Source: Rhizodiscina lignyota
Lineage: Eukaryota
DNA length: 64,000 nt
NCBI GenBank assembly: GCA_010015805.1
Contig: ML978122.1
Location: 2,328,453 to 2,392,452 of the forward strand
Direction of reading: 5' to 3'
Shown: positions 11,844 through 24,342 of the stretch, in pieces
Layout of the letters: each line of letters begins with the position of its first letter
Position numbering within the stretch: position 1 is the first letter of the stretch
The notes under the pieces: generated by a model
Databases searched by the model: none
Seen by the model: only the letters and a program-made list of their open reading frames with translations
What the model was told of the DNA's origin: nothing
Made by a program: the position numbers and the translations under genes

Positions 11844-12416
11844 CTAGTTCCTGGACAACATGACGAAGCGCGTATCAAGTGCTTCACCTGATAGAGAGCC
11901 AGACGAGCCCTCCGTGCTCGGAGAATCGCAAGGTAAGTTGGCGTGTTCGCTGGAGGTCGCAACGCATTCGCTCCTGGGGGTCTGTACTCCATGATGATAA
12001 AATGGTGGAATAGGCACGACCTGAATAAGAGTATTCACATCTGTGCGGAGCTCCTGGAGCTGATCTAGGCAGTCGCAACTTGTGTAAACAGGTGCTGGTG
12101 GGGGTGGGTATCGCTCGTGAACTTGGGGCTCGTTCGCTGGCGGCTGGGTTGGATAGCCATACGGTTGTAAAGGGTATTGATAAGGCAGGCAGTAATCTTG
12201 ATGCACGTAGCTCGGATGCCTCTGTGAGTACCACGGATCTTGCTGTGAGTAGTACACATCTTGCTGCACATTCGGTGGTATTGGAAAGCTATTGGTGTAC
12301 GCAATTGGCTGAACACCAGCCTGGAGCTGACATCGCATCATTGCCAGCTGGAGCATCTGAGGCAGTACGTGCTCGATCCATTGGGCCAGAATGTGATTGC
12401 TCGAAGGCGCTGCCAT
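11844..12416 (-). CDS. Q/P/Y-rich hypothetical protein (3' structure uncertain)
   Basis: ATG ORF with low-complexity Q/P/Y region followed by a short helix. Confidence 0.5.
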   Translation of the reverse strand: MAAPSSNHILAQWIEHVLPQMLQLAMMRCQLQAGVQPIAYTNSFPIPPNVQQDVYYSQQDPWYSQRHPSYVHQDYCLPYQYPLQPYGYPTQPPANEPQVHERYPPPPAPVYTSCDCLDQLQELRTDVNTLIQVVPIPPFYHHGVQTPRSECVATSSEHANLPCDSPSTEGSSGSLSGEALDTRFVMLSRN

Positions 12417-12775
12417 GTTTGGTCTTCAAATGGGCGGTGATGTGAATGATTGGACAAGATCTGTTGTAGTGGATTATTGATTTCCAACAATGCGGCCGCT
12501 GAAGTTATTTTATGTCATGCTTGAGAACTATTACAAGAACACGAGAGATTCGAAAGTACTATGAAATCTGAGAGTCACATTCCTAGAAGCTGCTCCTTGG
12601 ACTATGGATGGCCGGATAGTTTGTCGGCCTGGAACCTGGAATCGGGCTCTGGACTCGGGCTCTGAGAACCACTCTCAAATCCAATCCAGGCAAGCGATAA
12701 TTCGCTTATATAGGGCGTTTTTAGCAACCGGTTTCCCAAAGACTTTCGGCTCGATTAAAAATACGCTCCTTTTCC

Positions 12776-13204
12776 ATGTCACCACAACTGCACCTGCGAT
12801 ATGCCGATCCTGAGGCGTGCCCGCGATCAGCCCGGCGGCTGCCGCAAAGCCCATACCCTTGGACGTCGCAGCCTGCATCACCACTCTTTTCAGTCAAATT
12901 CTCTAAAATTAAAAAAGCCGTGCGCTTTAAAGACGAGGTAGAAATCCTCTTTCCTCCTACTCGGATCAACGAAAGGGCGTTAGCCGAGTCTGAAGTGGAT
13001 GCCATCGAAGCTTCTTGTTATAATCCGCGTTGTGGGAATCAATTGGAGTATTTAGTGCGCAGGCGCGGTTCTGGGCGAAAGAAATCATGGGAGCCGGCAT
13101 GTAATCTCGTAAATTGTGATGCCGCACTAGCCATCTTCCACTTGTGCAGCCCTACCAGTCCGGGCATGACTTGGGCTGCTTATAAGGTTCGGCGGGACAG
13201 GTGA
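12776..13204 (+). CDS. Small protein with degenerate chromodomain
   Basis: EVDAIEAS..LEYLVRRRGS..KSWEPACNLVNCDAALAIFH; aromatic-cage residues lost. Confidence 0.7.
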   Translation: MSPQLHLRYADPEACPRSARRLPQSPYPWTSQPASPLFSVKFSKIKKAVRFKDEVEILFPPTRINERALAESEVDAIEASCYNPRCGNQLEYLVRRRGSGRKKSWEPACNLVNCDAALAIFHLCSPTSPGMTWAAYKVRRDR

Positions 13205-14105
13205 GATTTACAAATGCTCCTAAGCGATAAGAGGCTGACCGTTTTATAAAGGCGTATGTAGAGCGTGCAAATGGCAGAAAGTGGTGAAAGAGCGACATGG
13301 AGCTGTAACGTCCATCCCTACGTCGCCGGACGCCCCCTGTTACCGGACAAAGTCCATTATTCGTACACATTAATTCTTCCCCTCGCGAGTCTATTAAGTT
13401 ATAGTCGGAATATAAATATTCTTTAGCTATTTATTAGTAGGTAACCGGTCTGCGATAAGAAAATTACCGCGGTCTTGATCATACTATTAATTATTCCATC
13501 GATGTCGTTAAGAGCCGCTCTAGTGAATTCCCCCTGCTCCATCACGACTATTAGCCTATCTGCGAATTCTGCGGCTATAGTACGAAGGTTTTATCAAGAG
13601 AGAATATCGCTATAACTTTTGAAGATAATAATTCATCGGAATTAAGTATTCCAAGTTTGACCGAGCGAAAGAAGGGGTTTGTTCGGCTTACAAGTCTTGG
13701 CATATGGATTTAGCTTGCTTACATTATGCTGTATTAATCTATGTATTGTTTTGACACTGGTTGTGGCGCATGCTAAGCCACTCTCGATTTGCCAATTCGC
13801 TTCGCCCGCATTCGCAGCTAGCTTTGCCGTTCATCACTGCACACCGAATACTGTATCATACACGGAGTCGAGACACAAACGGCCGATTCAGAATTGTCAA
13901 CACTAATTTGAACTTTTGGACTTCAATTCGTCAGTTCCGCTAGTTTCCAGTCCGCCGCCTCGCCTATGCCAGGTTACTGACGTCCCGTAGGAGCAGCAAA
14001 GCGTATACCGGCTTGATCCCTTCCACCCCTCTGGGCCGTATCCTACCATCGTAGCCGCCCTCCCCTCCTTCGGCGAATCTGAAGTCGATTTCATACAATG
14101 AGACA

Positions 14106-14996
14106 ATGAAGGATGTTACAATGCTCGGTCTCGCTCGACGTGCGCTAGGGTTTACTCGAAGTGTCGTGCTCTGGTTCACTGGAAATATTCGACGGCTTAC
14201 TGCGGCTGGAATAACCTGGTTTACTTATCGAGTCGACGCTCCTCTTGTAAAGTCTCTTGGAGACTTGCGGACGCTTTGCAACCACAACACGATCAATGAC
14301 GATGGCAATCTAGAGTTTTCGTACTCTACATTCTCCTTTGTCACCAAGGAACATACCGTCTATTGCGGCCGATCATTGATGAGGAAGCTTACTCTTGAAG
14401 TTGTCAATGAGAGCTTGAAACCGGTTGCCGATAAGGATGTGTATCCGGAAGCGCCGTCACATATAACAAGAGTTACGACGACAGAGAGCGGTTTCTTTAT
14501 CAAAGGGCCAGCGCTTACATTTTATGACGAACTCGAAGGCTCAAAGAAGATAGCACAGTCACTTCTACAAGAAGCTGAGATGCTAGAACGGATAGAGCAT
14601 AACCCCCACCCCAATCTTGTTCGGTATCACGGCTGCCAGGTCTATCGAGGTCGTATTGTAGGGCTGGTTTTGGAACGTTACCCTTGCACACTGGAGGAAC
14701 GTATGCGTAACGGTAGCGGCGATGTCGACTTGGAGTTAGGCTTTAATGGACTTAAGTCTGGAGTAATGCACCTCCATTCTCTTGGGCTTGCTCACAATGA
14801 CATTAAGGCAAGCAACATCATGGTTGGTGTGGACAACACATGGATTCTGGTAGATATGGGCTCTTGCCGGCCCTTCGGCGAAGATCTCATCATGGCAGGT
14901 AATCCACAATGGGAAACTTCATCACAACAGCATGACAAGGATGCACTGAGTGAACTCTGGATCTGGCTAACGGATCGCAAGCCAGCAGAGGTTTGA
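14106..14996 (+). CDS. Minimal protein kinase-like protein
   Basis: FFIKGP, E..LE....HPNLVRYHG, HNDIKASN, DMG; short C-lobe. Confidence 0.85.
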   Translation: MKDVTMLGLARRALGFTRSVVLWFTGNIRRLTAAGITWFTYRVDAPLVKSLGDLRTLCNHNTINDDGNLEFSYSTFSFVTKEHTVYCGRSLMRKLTLEVVNESLKPVADKDVYPEAPSHITRVTTTESGFFIKGPALTFYDELEGSKKIAQSLLQEAEMLERIEHNPHPNLVRYHGCQVYRGRIVGLVLERYPCTLEERMRNGSGDVDLELGFNGLKSGVMHLHSLGLAHNDIKASNIMVGVDNTWILVDMGSCRPFGEDLIMAGNPQWETSSQQHDKDALSELWIWLTDRKPAEV

Positions 14997-15144
14997 GTGA
15001 AGGCCGATCTTGACGGCAGTCTCTGCCTAGTATATAGCCACCTTGTGTGGTTCACATTTCCTTGTCGAGAGTCAAGTTGAACAAGCTAAGCTCCAACATA
15101 TATCCAATGTACCATCCACAATTTGAGTGTAGTTGTGATCGAGT

Positions 15145-15390
15145 TTAAGATCCGCGGCCAGCCTGAAGGAGCTTGGTCACCTCGGCCTCATTCGTTGTTC
15201 CATTATTCGCCGAGTTGCGGGAAGATGCTGGACATTCGGGTTGATTACAGTCTACGGTGACTGAAGTTACTTGTCTCCTAGACTCGCCGTTCGTTACTCT
15301 GATGATGCAGGTGGTTCTGCGGTGGCACCTACTTGTGGTTAGCTCGTTTGGCGAAAAGGAAGTGAAATAGCCCACATAGCGACAGGACAC
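15145..15390 (-). CDS. Small Cys-rich protein (GTG start, ATG possibly lost)
   Basis: 81 codons with 5 Cys including CNQPEC; convergent with the kinase. Confidence 0.4.
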   Translation of the reverse strand: MSCRYVGYFTSFSPNELTTSRCHRRTTCIIRVTNGESRRQVTSVTVDCNQPECPASSRNSANNGTTNEAEVTKLLQAGRGS

Positions 15391-16012
15391 GATGACGATT
15401 TCAAAGTGAGGTTATAATGCCATAAAATAATCATTAGAGAGACGCGCTACAATCACCAGAGCCCCGACGTGGCGAGGCGCCAGCACTACTGGGGTGGATC
15501 TGCCATCACGAGAACCAAAGCCACAGACACAGACAGCCACAGAGCTTGGCAGGTCTCATGGGTCTTGAAAAATACATGGTAATCAATTGAGCGAGCCGTC
15601 TCACACGTGCTAGGAAGTCAAGACCCGTGCTAGAAATCCCTGCTCTATTGGCTCCCATGTACCGAGCGGCGTTGGGCCATGTCGCATGAATTAGCGCGAT
15701 GGCGCAACTAAGGCTGACGATGACTAAGGAGCGTCATGGTAAGGTTCGTAAACCTTATTTGGACTACCCTTTGAGTTTAAAGAACTAAAAAAGCTCGGTG
15801 TTAGTGCTGTGAACCATGGAGGCCTGATGTATCATGAAATGAGGCTCTCCGTAATCGGCCTCGGAGGCGACGACGTGATGTAAATTTTCAGAGCTGCCAG
15901 GGTGGGGAGGGCGAAGGATTAGTCACTACACACGAATGAACTGGACCGAGGATATTAAATGCTGTGTCTGCGTTGCTAAAAGTCAAATGCCATAATAACA
16001 TCGTCGGATAAG

Positions 16013-16825
16013 TTACTGCCTTTCAACCTTTCCGTTCCGAAACGCGTAGCCATTCCTCAATTGCCATCCCTGAATCAATCCATGAGAGTATGTCTCTCCA
16101 TCCTTGTAAATTGCGAAGATCGAGGCACTAGGTCCCTGATAAATAAAAGATTCCTGAGGCTCGAAGATAATTTGCTGGTATACACGTTGTGTCGGATGGT
16201 AAAGCCTAAGACAGACGATAGGACCAATATCCTCTAGTCTAGTAGTATTTTCCATTATGCCGATAATGCTTTGTCTTTCAGCGACCCTTAACCTGTTTTT
16301 TGGGTCATCCCAGAAACAGTAAGTAGTACGAAGATTTTCGTTAAAAAGAGGTCGAAGTGTCTTCAACTCTAAGTCTTCGCAGCTTGTTACTGCTTGCTTA
16401 ATATTTAGCGTGATTCCGCAAGTAAGCGACACCTCAAAGGTTTCTGAATTATAAGTATGCTCTTGCAGATCCTGAAACAGTTTAACTGCATCATATCGGA
16501 GATCTCCATTAAAGTCAATAGCAAGAAGTACCATATACATCCCGTTGTATAATGTCTTCAAATCGGCGTAGCCATGCTTCTTAACTGTAGGGCTCTTTGA
16601 ATAGTTATAGTACTTCTTCAAGTCGGAGCCAACTAGTACGGGATTTACGTCGTGCAGGCTTACTGCTAGTTCCAGCCAGTTGTCATTTTTGAAGATCGCT
16701 CTCCATAGTAATTCATGGCAAATTTGATTTTCCGTACGCCTGAAACAAAATGCTTCAGCCGCATTCTTGACTCCGAAAGAGGAGAGGTATTGTGTGACAT
16801 TATCCCAAAGCTCTTGTGCAACCAT
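16013..16825 (-). CDS. Hypothetical protein with possible F-box-like N-terminus
   Basis: 270-aa ORF beginning MVAQELWDNVTQYLS. Confidence 0.65.
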   Translation of the reverse strand: MVAQELWDNVTQYLSSFGVKNAAEAFCFRRTENQICHELLWRAIFKNDNWLELAVSLHDVNPVLVGSDLKKYYNYSKSPTVKKHGYADLKTLYNGMYMVLLAIDFNGDLRYDAVKLFQDLQEHTYNSETFEVSLTCGITLNIKQAVTSCEDLELKTLRPLFNENLRTTYCFWDDPKNRLRVAERQSIIGIMENTTRLEDIGPIVCLRLYHPTQRVYQQIIFEPQESFIYQGPSASIFAIYKDGETYSHGLIQGWQLRNGYAFRNGKVERQ

Positions 16826-17445
16826 TAGAAAGTATGGATGTGTCGAATTAGCTTCGGCTTCTCTCTTATGTCGTTCTAGGACACCCCGTTTCCTTTAGAG
16901 TAAAAACCGTGTCGAATGCTGTAGGAGTTGCTAAATTATAGGATTGTATAGAGCTCGGCGGTAATGATTGGCTTGACTCAGAGCAAGGAATCCCTATGCG
17001 ACAAGGGCGCTACAGAATCTCTAAGCGTGCAAAGAGTGAAGGCGGTTCTGTCAAGGACCGTATGGCTATAAGCTGTTAGGCCGTACTATTTATTATGCTC
17101 GAAAGGAACTAAAATCGGACCTGGGTTAGAAGGGGATCAAAAATCGGAAATCTGGAGCGCGACCAAAACTGAGCCCTTGCCCGTGGATATTAGGGCGGTT
17201 AAAGTAACTATATAGGTATCCTTTAGCCAAGGTCTAATTAAAGGCCAGGTTCCAAGGATTTGGTTTCTACCTCGTCTTACGCCCAGTTCCGGGATCTTAA
17301 CTATTGCTATTTCCGCTTCTTGATTCCTGGTTTTAGAGCTCTAACGAGCGAATCCGCCTAGCTTAAATAAGGCGCTATAGCTAACTAAGTTAATTCCTAA
17401 GCATTAAAGAAACAGACTCTCTCCTCTTCCCTAGATATAGACGAC

Positions 17446-17919
17446 ATGTCCACTGCTCAGCACCTCGCTAAAGAAGCCCTTCACCCTAGTGTGTTAAGTC
17501 CTACGAGTAATATCGGACGTATGCTCGCGATAGCTTCATATAACCCTCAGTCGAATGCCGATCCGTCTATTATCTATCCTACTCGTCGACAACCTGCACT
17601 TCCTACGAACGTTTACCGTGTCTTCCTCGATCCGACTTGGGAACCTCCCGCGCGACAGGAGATGCGCGAGGTACTTCGATTGATTGTCGATTGGTATTTT
17701 CGAATAGAAGATAGTACTCTAGCATTTTCTCGTTCTGAAACAGATAAGATGTTAAGACGGGTGATTGATAATTTAAAAGATACAGCAGAGATAGTCTTGC
17801 AGGATGGCGTTCGGGATCTCCAAGTCTATTCTAAGAATCGATTTAGATCGCCGCCTAGTCGGCGAAAGAGAACTCATCCTACAACTCTTCCTAAGCTTCC
17901 ATTTATCCATGAAGAATAG
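17446..17919 (+). CDS. Hypothetical protein in RIP-affected context
   Basis: 157-aa ATG ORF; flanks are TpA-rich. Confidence 0.5.
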   Translation: MSTAQHLAKEALHPSVLSPTSNIGRMLAIASYNPQSNADPSIIYPTRRQPALPTNVYRVFLDPTWEPPARQEMREVLRLIVDWYFRIEDSTLAFSRSETDKMLRRVIDNLKDTAEIVLQDGVRDLQVYSKNRFRSPPSRRKRTHPTTLPKLPFIHEE

Positions 17920-18129
17920 AATACAAGGTCTATAGGTACTAAGAGAAGTAATCTATAAATTAGGCAGAGTATTCTAGCAATCTAATTTTACAAGAGGAAT
18001 AAAAGTAAGGAGGTTGACAAAGAAAAGATAGAATCGAGTATGCATTTGTCAATGCTTCTTATTATTACAGCTAAGAAGATATAATATAAATTAGAATTAG
18101 ATGGCTATGTGAGAAACATCTTAAACATC

Positions 18130-18858
18130 ATAAATTAATCGTTCTAAAACTCTACAACGCAACTACGCTATGGACCAGCCATAAGTTTTATGCGTTAAGC
18201 GGGGACATAGTACAAATCCCCCGCGATATCTGACATAGAGTGCTCTAAAATTGTAGCTTTCTCCTCTACTATTCTAGGCCCAAAGCGATCCGCCATCGTT
18301 TCTGTTAGCGCTTTTAACTGTTGGTCAACGCGCCTACCCCAATGACACTTGCTCCTATCCTCTTTCGCCCATGCTTGAGCGAGGCCAGCGAGCTGCCACT
18401 CAACTGCGTTTAAGCGACTAACTATAGAATCCCTAACTACGATTTAGCATTACCTCTAGATTTAAAAAAGTAGATGGCACCTTACTGTGGATGAAGGCTG
18501 TGCTCTAGTTGAACCGCTGATAACGAGCCTGGGAAGCCGACCGTCGGCCCAGAGGCTTGCGCTCGTCCTTCTAGGTGCGATCTTTTGGTGTCATTAGTTC
18601 CTCTAAGCTCAGAAGAAATCCGTAGCACTCTTACCTGGCGAGGCGCTCGACCTGCGCTTCTAGTCGTGCAAAGCGCTGCTCAAGGAGCGTCTGAGCCGTC
18701 GGCTGGGGGCTTTGCGAATTACCGCGGTCTAAGGCCGATAGGGTGTTTTCAGCCGCAGGAGTGAAGCCTAAGAAGCCTGTATCTGGAGAAGGATAGGAGA
18801 GATCAGGCAAATCAGGGAAGTCCGAGAGCTGTTCGAAGTTGGAATAAAAAGACATTAA
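18130..18858 (-). pseudogene. Multi-exon hypothetical gene, probably RIP-damaged (3' end approximate)
   Basis: MSFYSNFEQ..RFARLEAQVERLAR followed by a GTAAG donor; downstream exon-like sequence is TpA-rich. Confidence 0.35.
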
Positions 18859-19436
18859 TTCTACTAATTTCTCAACGGGATATAGGGCGAATTGAAAAAA
18901 AAAAAAGAACTGGATAGGAACCACTCTAGAATAGGTGTAATTTGGTGCTTTAAGATATTGTTGTAAAGGTTAAGCACTACTTATACCTCCTTCGCTGCCT
19001 ACGTCTTTAACGCAATCAAGTTCTGGTTCCAAGCTCTTAGTTTATAGTCGGAACCGAGTTCATGGCACGAAGCCGCGCGATAGTACTTTTCCGGCGCCCT
19101 AGATCCTGGGATATAGAACTCTCATAAGGGATTGGTAAGTTGGAGGTATACAGTCCAGACACCAAGATCCCGATACTAAATATGAAACGGGCGCGAAAAC
19201 TTGAAACAGGCGCAGAATAGACACCGTGTCTAGAAATAGAAAGCGGGTCGGGCCGTGCGCCAGGGCAGGGGCAACGATACGATACTCGGCGTTTCCCTCA
19301 AAAGAAAAAAAGAAGAAGAAAAGGCAACTCGCAATTCGAGTGAAAGGAGCGGGGATTGGCCTTCGACTAGCCAAGCGAATGCTTATGGAAATCTATTGTT
19401 TCCTACCTACAAAATCTATAATATGACTTAGGCTAT

Positions 19437-19754
19437 TATTCAGTCGACGAGTTTCCAGCCCTGAAAACTCCTAAATTTTGAGGGGGGGCTGGAACTGGAG
19501 GGGGTCTTCAGTCGTATCTGGAAATTTTTTCAGTTCAGGTGAAAATAATGCTAAGAGCGCGCCTATTTCTAAATAACTGGAGCTGCCAAGTGCTTCCAGT
19601 CCTAGCCCCGTTTCCCGCCCGTTTCTCACGGGTTTTACACCCCGGCTCCCCGTATCTGAAATCTGACCAAACACCCCCTAGATTCATGTTCAGGTTCCAC
19701 ACTTAATCACACTGATCTGGAGCCTGAAATTCACGGCTGATTTGCGACTGAACA
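19437..19754. mobile_element. MITE-like element, copy 1
   Basis: Ends TATTCAGTCG...CGACTGAACA; homologous in reverse orientation to 38379-38700. Confidence 0.65.
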
Positions 19755-19758
19755 TACC

Positions 19759-20879
19759 CTAAGTATACCATATGCTCCGCTTCGGGTTCATCTTCCAGCG
19801 CATGTAAGTTGCCATCGGCACAATGTCTAAAACAGGGTCGAAAATTGACCTTTTCGGAATTTTATCCAGGTAGTTATGCTGCTTACTTCTCTTAGTTTGC
19901 TGATCTAGGGATCCGAGAGTTCTAACTCACGATTTTGGCAAATTTTTGCTCCACAGGTCGAGAAAGGCTATAAAGATCATCAAGAAAGTCCATCAGGACT
20001 TTGTTGCCGCTCCAGCGCTCAGGGTTAATCAGGCCAAAGACGCGATTTGCACGTCGCTCCTGGCGGACAAACTCAGCTGTGTGATGTGGGCTAATTGTGC
20101 CGTTCATACAGTCGATGAGGAGACGGCCTAAACCTTCAAGGTCGGTGTTTGGAGCAGGATTGTCGAATGACTCCGCAAGTTCGAAGTCCGCTTTTAAAGC
20201 GAGTTTAGTCACTACATGACTGATAGAAAGCCAAGCTGCTTACCGATGACGATATTAGCGTATGAGCTTCCAAATCTCACCGATATTGCCGAAACTCTTT
20301 GGTGCACGATGTTCTGCGAATGGAGATACTTGATCGCATCAAAGACCTGGGAAAGGGCAGTGAGTTTAGGTCTGAATGAGAGCCAAGCTGGACTCATACA
20401 TCGTACGCAATTGCTTGAATATGCTCTGAAGACAGGGGCACACAAAGTGCGTCCGCAAGCCGAAGTCTGCAGTACTCCAAACCGAGGTAGATCGTATTAT
20501 CTGCCAGGAATGATTCTTGGACTTGGATGATGTGAGCATGTCGCAAGTTGCAGAGCGCCTTCAATTCCTTCCTCCCACGACTTGCGCCGCACTTTTTAAA
20601 CATTCTTTTCACAGCACCATGTTCCTTTGAACAGAGCTCATATTCTACCTTATCCTGGGTGAGAGTCCCCCAATACTCGTAACCCTCCCATAGTTGTTCT
20701 CCGCCAACCTCTCGGAGGTACTGCTCTTCACCATATTTCCTAGGCGTTTGCAGATCAATCGAGAACGAGCGTTCCTTACGTTTTAAGTTTATAGCGGTTG
20801 GGATGGGAATGGTGGGCAAGCTCGGGTCTTGAGGTCTTGAAAGGCGTTTATGTGCATCTCCGAGCTCCTTGGTCTCCAT
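19759..20879 (-). CDS. Protein kinase-like protein (probable pseudokinase), 4 exons
   Basis: MFKK..ELKALCNLRHAHIIQV..LGLEYC..|VFDAIKYLHSQNIVHQRVSAISV..|ADFE; HRD replaced by HQR. Divergent from the ferric reductase. Confidence 0.75.
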
Positions 20880-21123
20880 AGTTGTGGGGATGCAGTAGGG
20901 TGTGTTATGGGAACATGGAACGTTAAATTTGCAGACGAACCACGGCATAAAGAGGCTTCTGGACTCGAGAACACGGATCCCGGCCCCTGGGCTGGGTTCT
21001 TGGATCGCGACGTTGTGGTATCCAGGGGCCAAGATCTGAGGTTAAGGTTCGACAAAATGCTTAAAAGAAATCGCACGTCGCAGCATTGCCGGAGCCAAAG
21101 TTAGAAACAAAGCACAAATCGCC

Positions 21124-22942
21124 ATGGCTAACCAACTAGCCATCATGATCTACATCTGGTGCTTGAGCGGAACATTTGCTAGCTTTATCGTGTGGCGCAT
21201 CTGGTTGCTCTTCAGTGACCAAGCCCGCAACTGGGTTTTGGCGGCTGTGAGGAAGAGATTGGTCTACAGTTTGGTCGCACGAAGACTTAAGGGATCATCC
21301 AGTCTCAGTTACGCCCACCTGACTTTTCTGCTCTTATATGTAGCTGCCAACCTAATAGCTCTTTTGATCGGCCTCCCATCAAGGAAAGAGCTTAGCCAGA
21401 GGTCGGCATCTTTGTTTGTCATCAATTCTATTCCTCTGTACCTAGGAGGAAGGACGAGCATTTTTGTCGATCGTGTACTCCAGATACCGCTGAACACTTA
21501 CTATCTGGCACATCGGTGGCTCGGTCGAATCTGTGCGTCACTGGCTGCAATTCATGTAGCCGTCTCCCTTTTCCGGACAAATGGAAAACTCGATGGTATC
21601 GACTCAGCGGTATGGATTCCGTAGCTAGGTGAAAGGAGTGATATTGACAGCTTGCAGTTGATTTCTGTCCTCGGGTCCTTAGCATTGCTCTCATTACTAC
21701 CGGTGCGTCGCCGACTCTATGAGGTATTTCGGGTGAGCCATTCGTGGCTTGCAATCGCACTCATTGGCCTGATATGGGTCCACATCGGCATCCGCCAGCG
21801 CCTCCCTGCAATTTGTCTTGGGATTGCGTCAGGGATCTGGATTTTCCAACAGCTCTTTCGTATTTTCTCCATAGCAAAGCGCAACAGAGGCCTGCGCGCT
21901 AAGAATACGACAGACGTTCAATACATTGAGGAATCGAGCGGCCTGGCGCAGACCATGAGGCTTAAGATCAATTTGAGGCGCCCTTGGAAGATCCAGCCTG
22001 GCCAATATGTGTATCTCACTATACCTGCAGTCGGAAGGCTGGGCGCAGGGTACTTGCAGGCCCATCCATATTTCGTAGCTTGGGCGACTGAGGGCGCCAC
22101 CAATTCGATAACGCTGCTGATCGAAAGCCGCCGGGGTTTCAGTCGAGATCTTCTCCTGAGTCGACAGACAGCACTCAGTGCCCTTATCGAAGGCCCGTAC
22201 GGGACAGGACTCCAGTTGGATGAATATGACACTGTTTTGCTCATGGCCAATGGCATTGGCATCTGTCCGCTCTTATTAGCAGCGAAATGTCTTGTTGAGG
22301 CTCATTTAAACAAGACAGCTCGAGTACGACGCCTTACTCTAGTATGGCTCTTGGACAGTCCGGGTGAGGGTGAACACAGTTTGTTGGCGAACGCACGAGC
22401 TAATCCTCTACGCAGGCCAGGAGGCGTTGGCGATAGATTTCCTTCACCAGCTCCTTGAGCAGGACGCGGTCCGTCGCATTCTGACCGTGCACCTATACGT
22501 CGACAATCCAGCCCAGGGACGCCCCGTTGCCAAAGGACCAATTCGACTGTTCAGGGTGAATCAGACACTCGATATGTCATGGATGATTGAGACTGAGTGG
22601 AGAGCTGAGGCTGGAAACATGGCGATTGCAGGTGAGACCTCCGAATCTTGCGTAGGCATGCCGGCTGACCGAAATTTAGCATGTGGTCCACCGGACTTCG
22701 AATATGCCATTAGACAGGCTCTGAGGCGAACCGCATCCGACATCAGGCTCGTGAATCTGGGGTTCGAGCCCGACGCACATCGAGCATCAGCTAAGCTAGC
22801 AGAACGCTTTGTGGTGAGGGCAGCCGGTGCGCAACCCGGTCGTAAATCAGAGAAGGAGACTGAAGCAGTCGGTCGTCGCAATGGTGAGATTGAGATAATC
22901 GAGCGTCGAAATGAGAGGGAACTTGTTATTACAAACGTTTAG
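21124..22942 (+). CDS. Ferric reductase / NADPH-oxidase-like transmembrane protein (Starship FRE), multi-exon
   Basis: Heme His in HRWLG..IH and YEVFRVSH..H; FAD motif PGQYVYL..AHPY; IEGPYG; ANGIGI; CGP. Confidence 0.92.
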
Positions 22943-23195
22943 AAACAAGGGGTGAATTTCGATTTGAAGGCAGACGTACCTGCTATTAGTGCCCCGCTGT
23001 TTATTTCCCTTTTATTATACAGTCCAATCAATTCATAAAAATATTTCAAAACCTCGTTTGTCAACGTAAGGCATGCGCGCACATCGAGAGCTACAGAAAA
23101 GTTATTTATCATTATAGCTAGGAAATTGGCTCCTCTTTTCGAAGACGTTGGACCTGCACGCGCTTCTAAGAAGGACCTGGCGATCACCAGTCTTT

Positions 23196-24059
23196 TTACG
23201 CATTTCGAGACAGTTGTGAGCGAAGGGGATGACGGGCGCTGGGTTGATAGCGGCGCAGCAGTTTGGTGACTTCGCGTTGAAAATCAAGGGGCTCCCAGAA
23301 GGAGCGAAGACTGAAGCCTATAAAAACTTGGAAGAGACGGCAAAGCAAATGGGCCGTGCTTTGGTCGAAGTCGATAATAAGTGACGCGGTGGTGGTGGCA
23401 GAGGCAGAGCAAGGAGGTACCTGAGGCTTCTCATGGATCAAGGCTCGATTAGGGGCAGGGGAGGAGCTGAAGCGGTTAAGAAATGCTTTCAAAATACCAT
23501 CGCTACTATCTATACAAGGTATCCCAGAAATTCCTTTTCGTGTTCCTGTAATACCCTCACTGACGGTAACCTTCTCACTATTCGGCCGTGCCTTCCTAGC
23601 GTGCGTTCTGTAATCCTGCAGGAATTCCCCTCTGAATACACGGAGAATTGGTCGGCTCTTCCACCTTCGTCACTCGTGAAGCGATCTTTGAGTTTATTGG
23701 GGTGTAGCAACGCTGAAAGTGTCATCCATACATTTAGCGAACAGTTCGAAGAATTCCCAGATGTTCAGGAATTGGACCTGGGCTTCGTATTTGTAGGACT
23801 GAAGGTCTTCGATGACGTGGTCGAGGGCTTGGAGCCGGGAGTGAATCTCCGCCACAAACACCAAGGTTTCGAGTGACGTTGGGCTGCAGCATTCGCCCCC
23901 AGCGTGACTGCGGGTTGACAGCCCTAACAGCGGTGCATGGGTTCCGGATTCGACTGTGCGGAGACGACGATGATTATCGCCCTGCCCTGACCGGCGTCTC
24001 CAGTCTCGGCTGTTTCTGGGTCGTCTGGTCGAACGCGTTTGTTTCGATCGGCGAGACAT
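23196..24059 (-). CDS. One or two poorly resolved hypothetical genes or fragments
   Basis: Adjacent minus-strand ORF pieces (e.g. helical EIHSRLQALDHVIEDLQ); exon structure not resolved. Confidence 0.3.
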
Positions 24060-24342
24060 AGCGGGGCAAGAAAATGGTAATTAATATATTTTTGCGCACA
24101 AGAATGATGAGAAAGGCGGTTGAAGGTCTCAAGGGAAGAGATATGGGCGGTTCTATATGTTCGTCGAGGTACAAACCTCTGGCACTCCAACGCACGAGTG
24201 AACGCTTGGCAAGCGCTTAAAAAAGAGGCGGCGTCGCACGCACAGACAGATCACGAAAAGACGGCTCTGTCACTGCAGCGCTTACGCTTCCATTTCGGTT
24301 ATTATTACATGCAAGCTAACATGAATGAGGAATACAAGGAAG

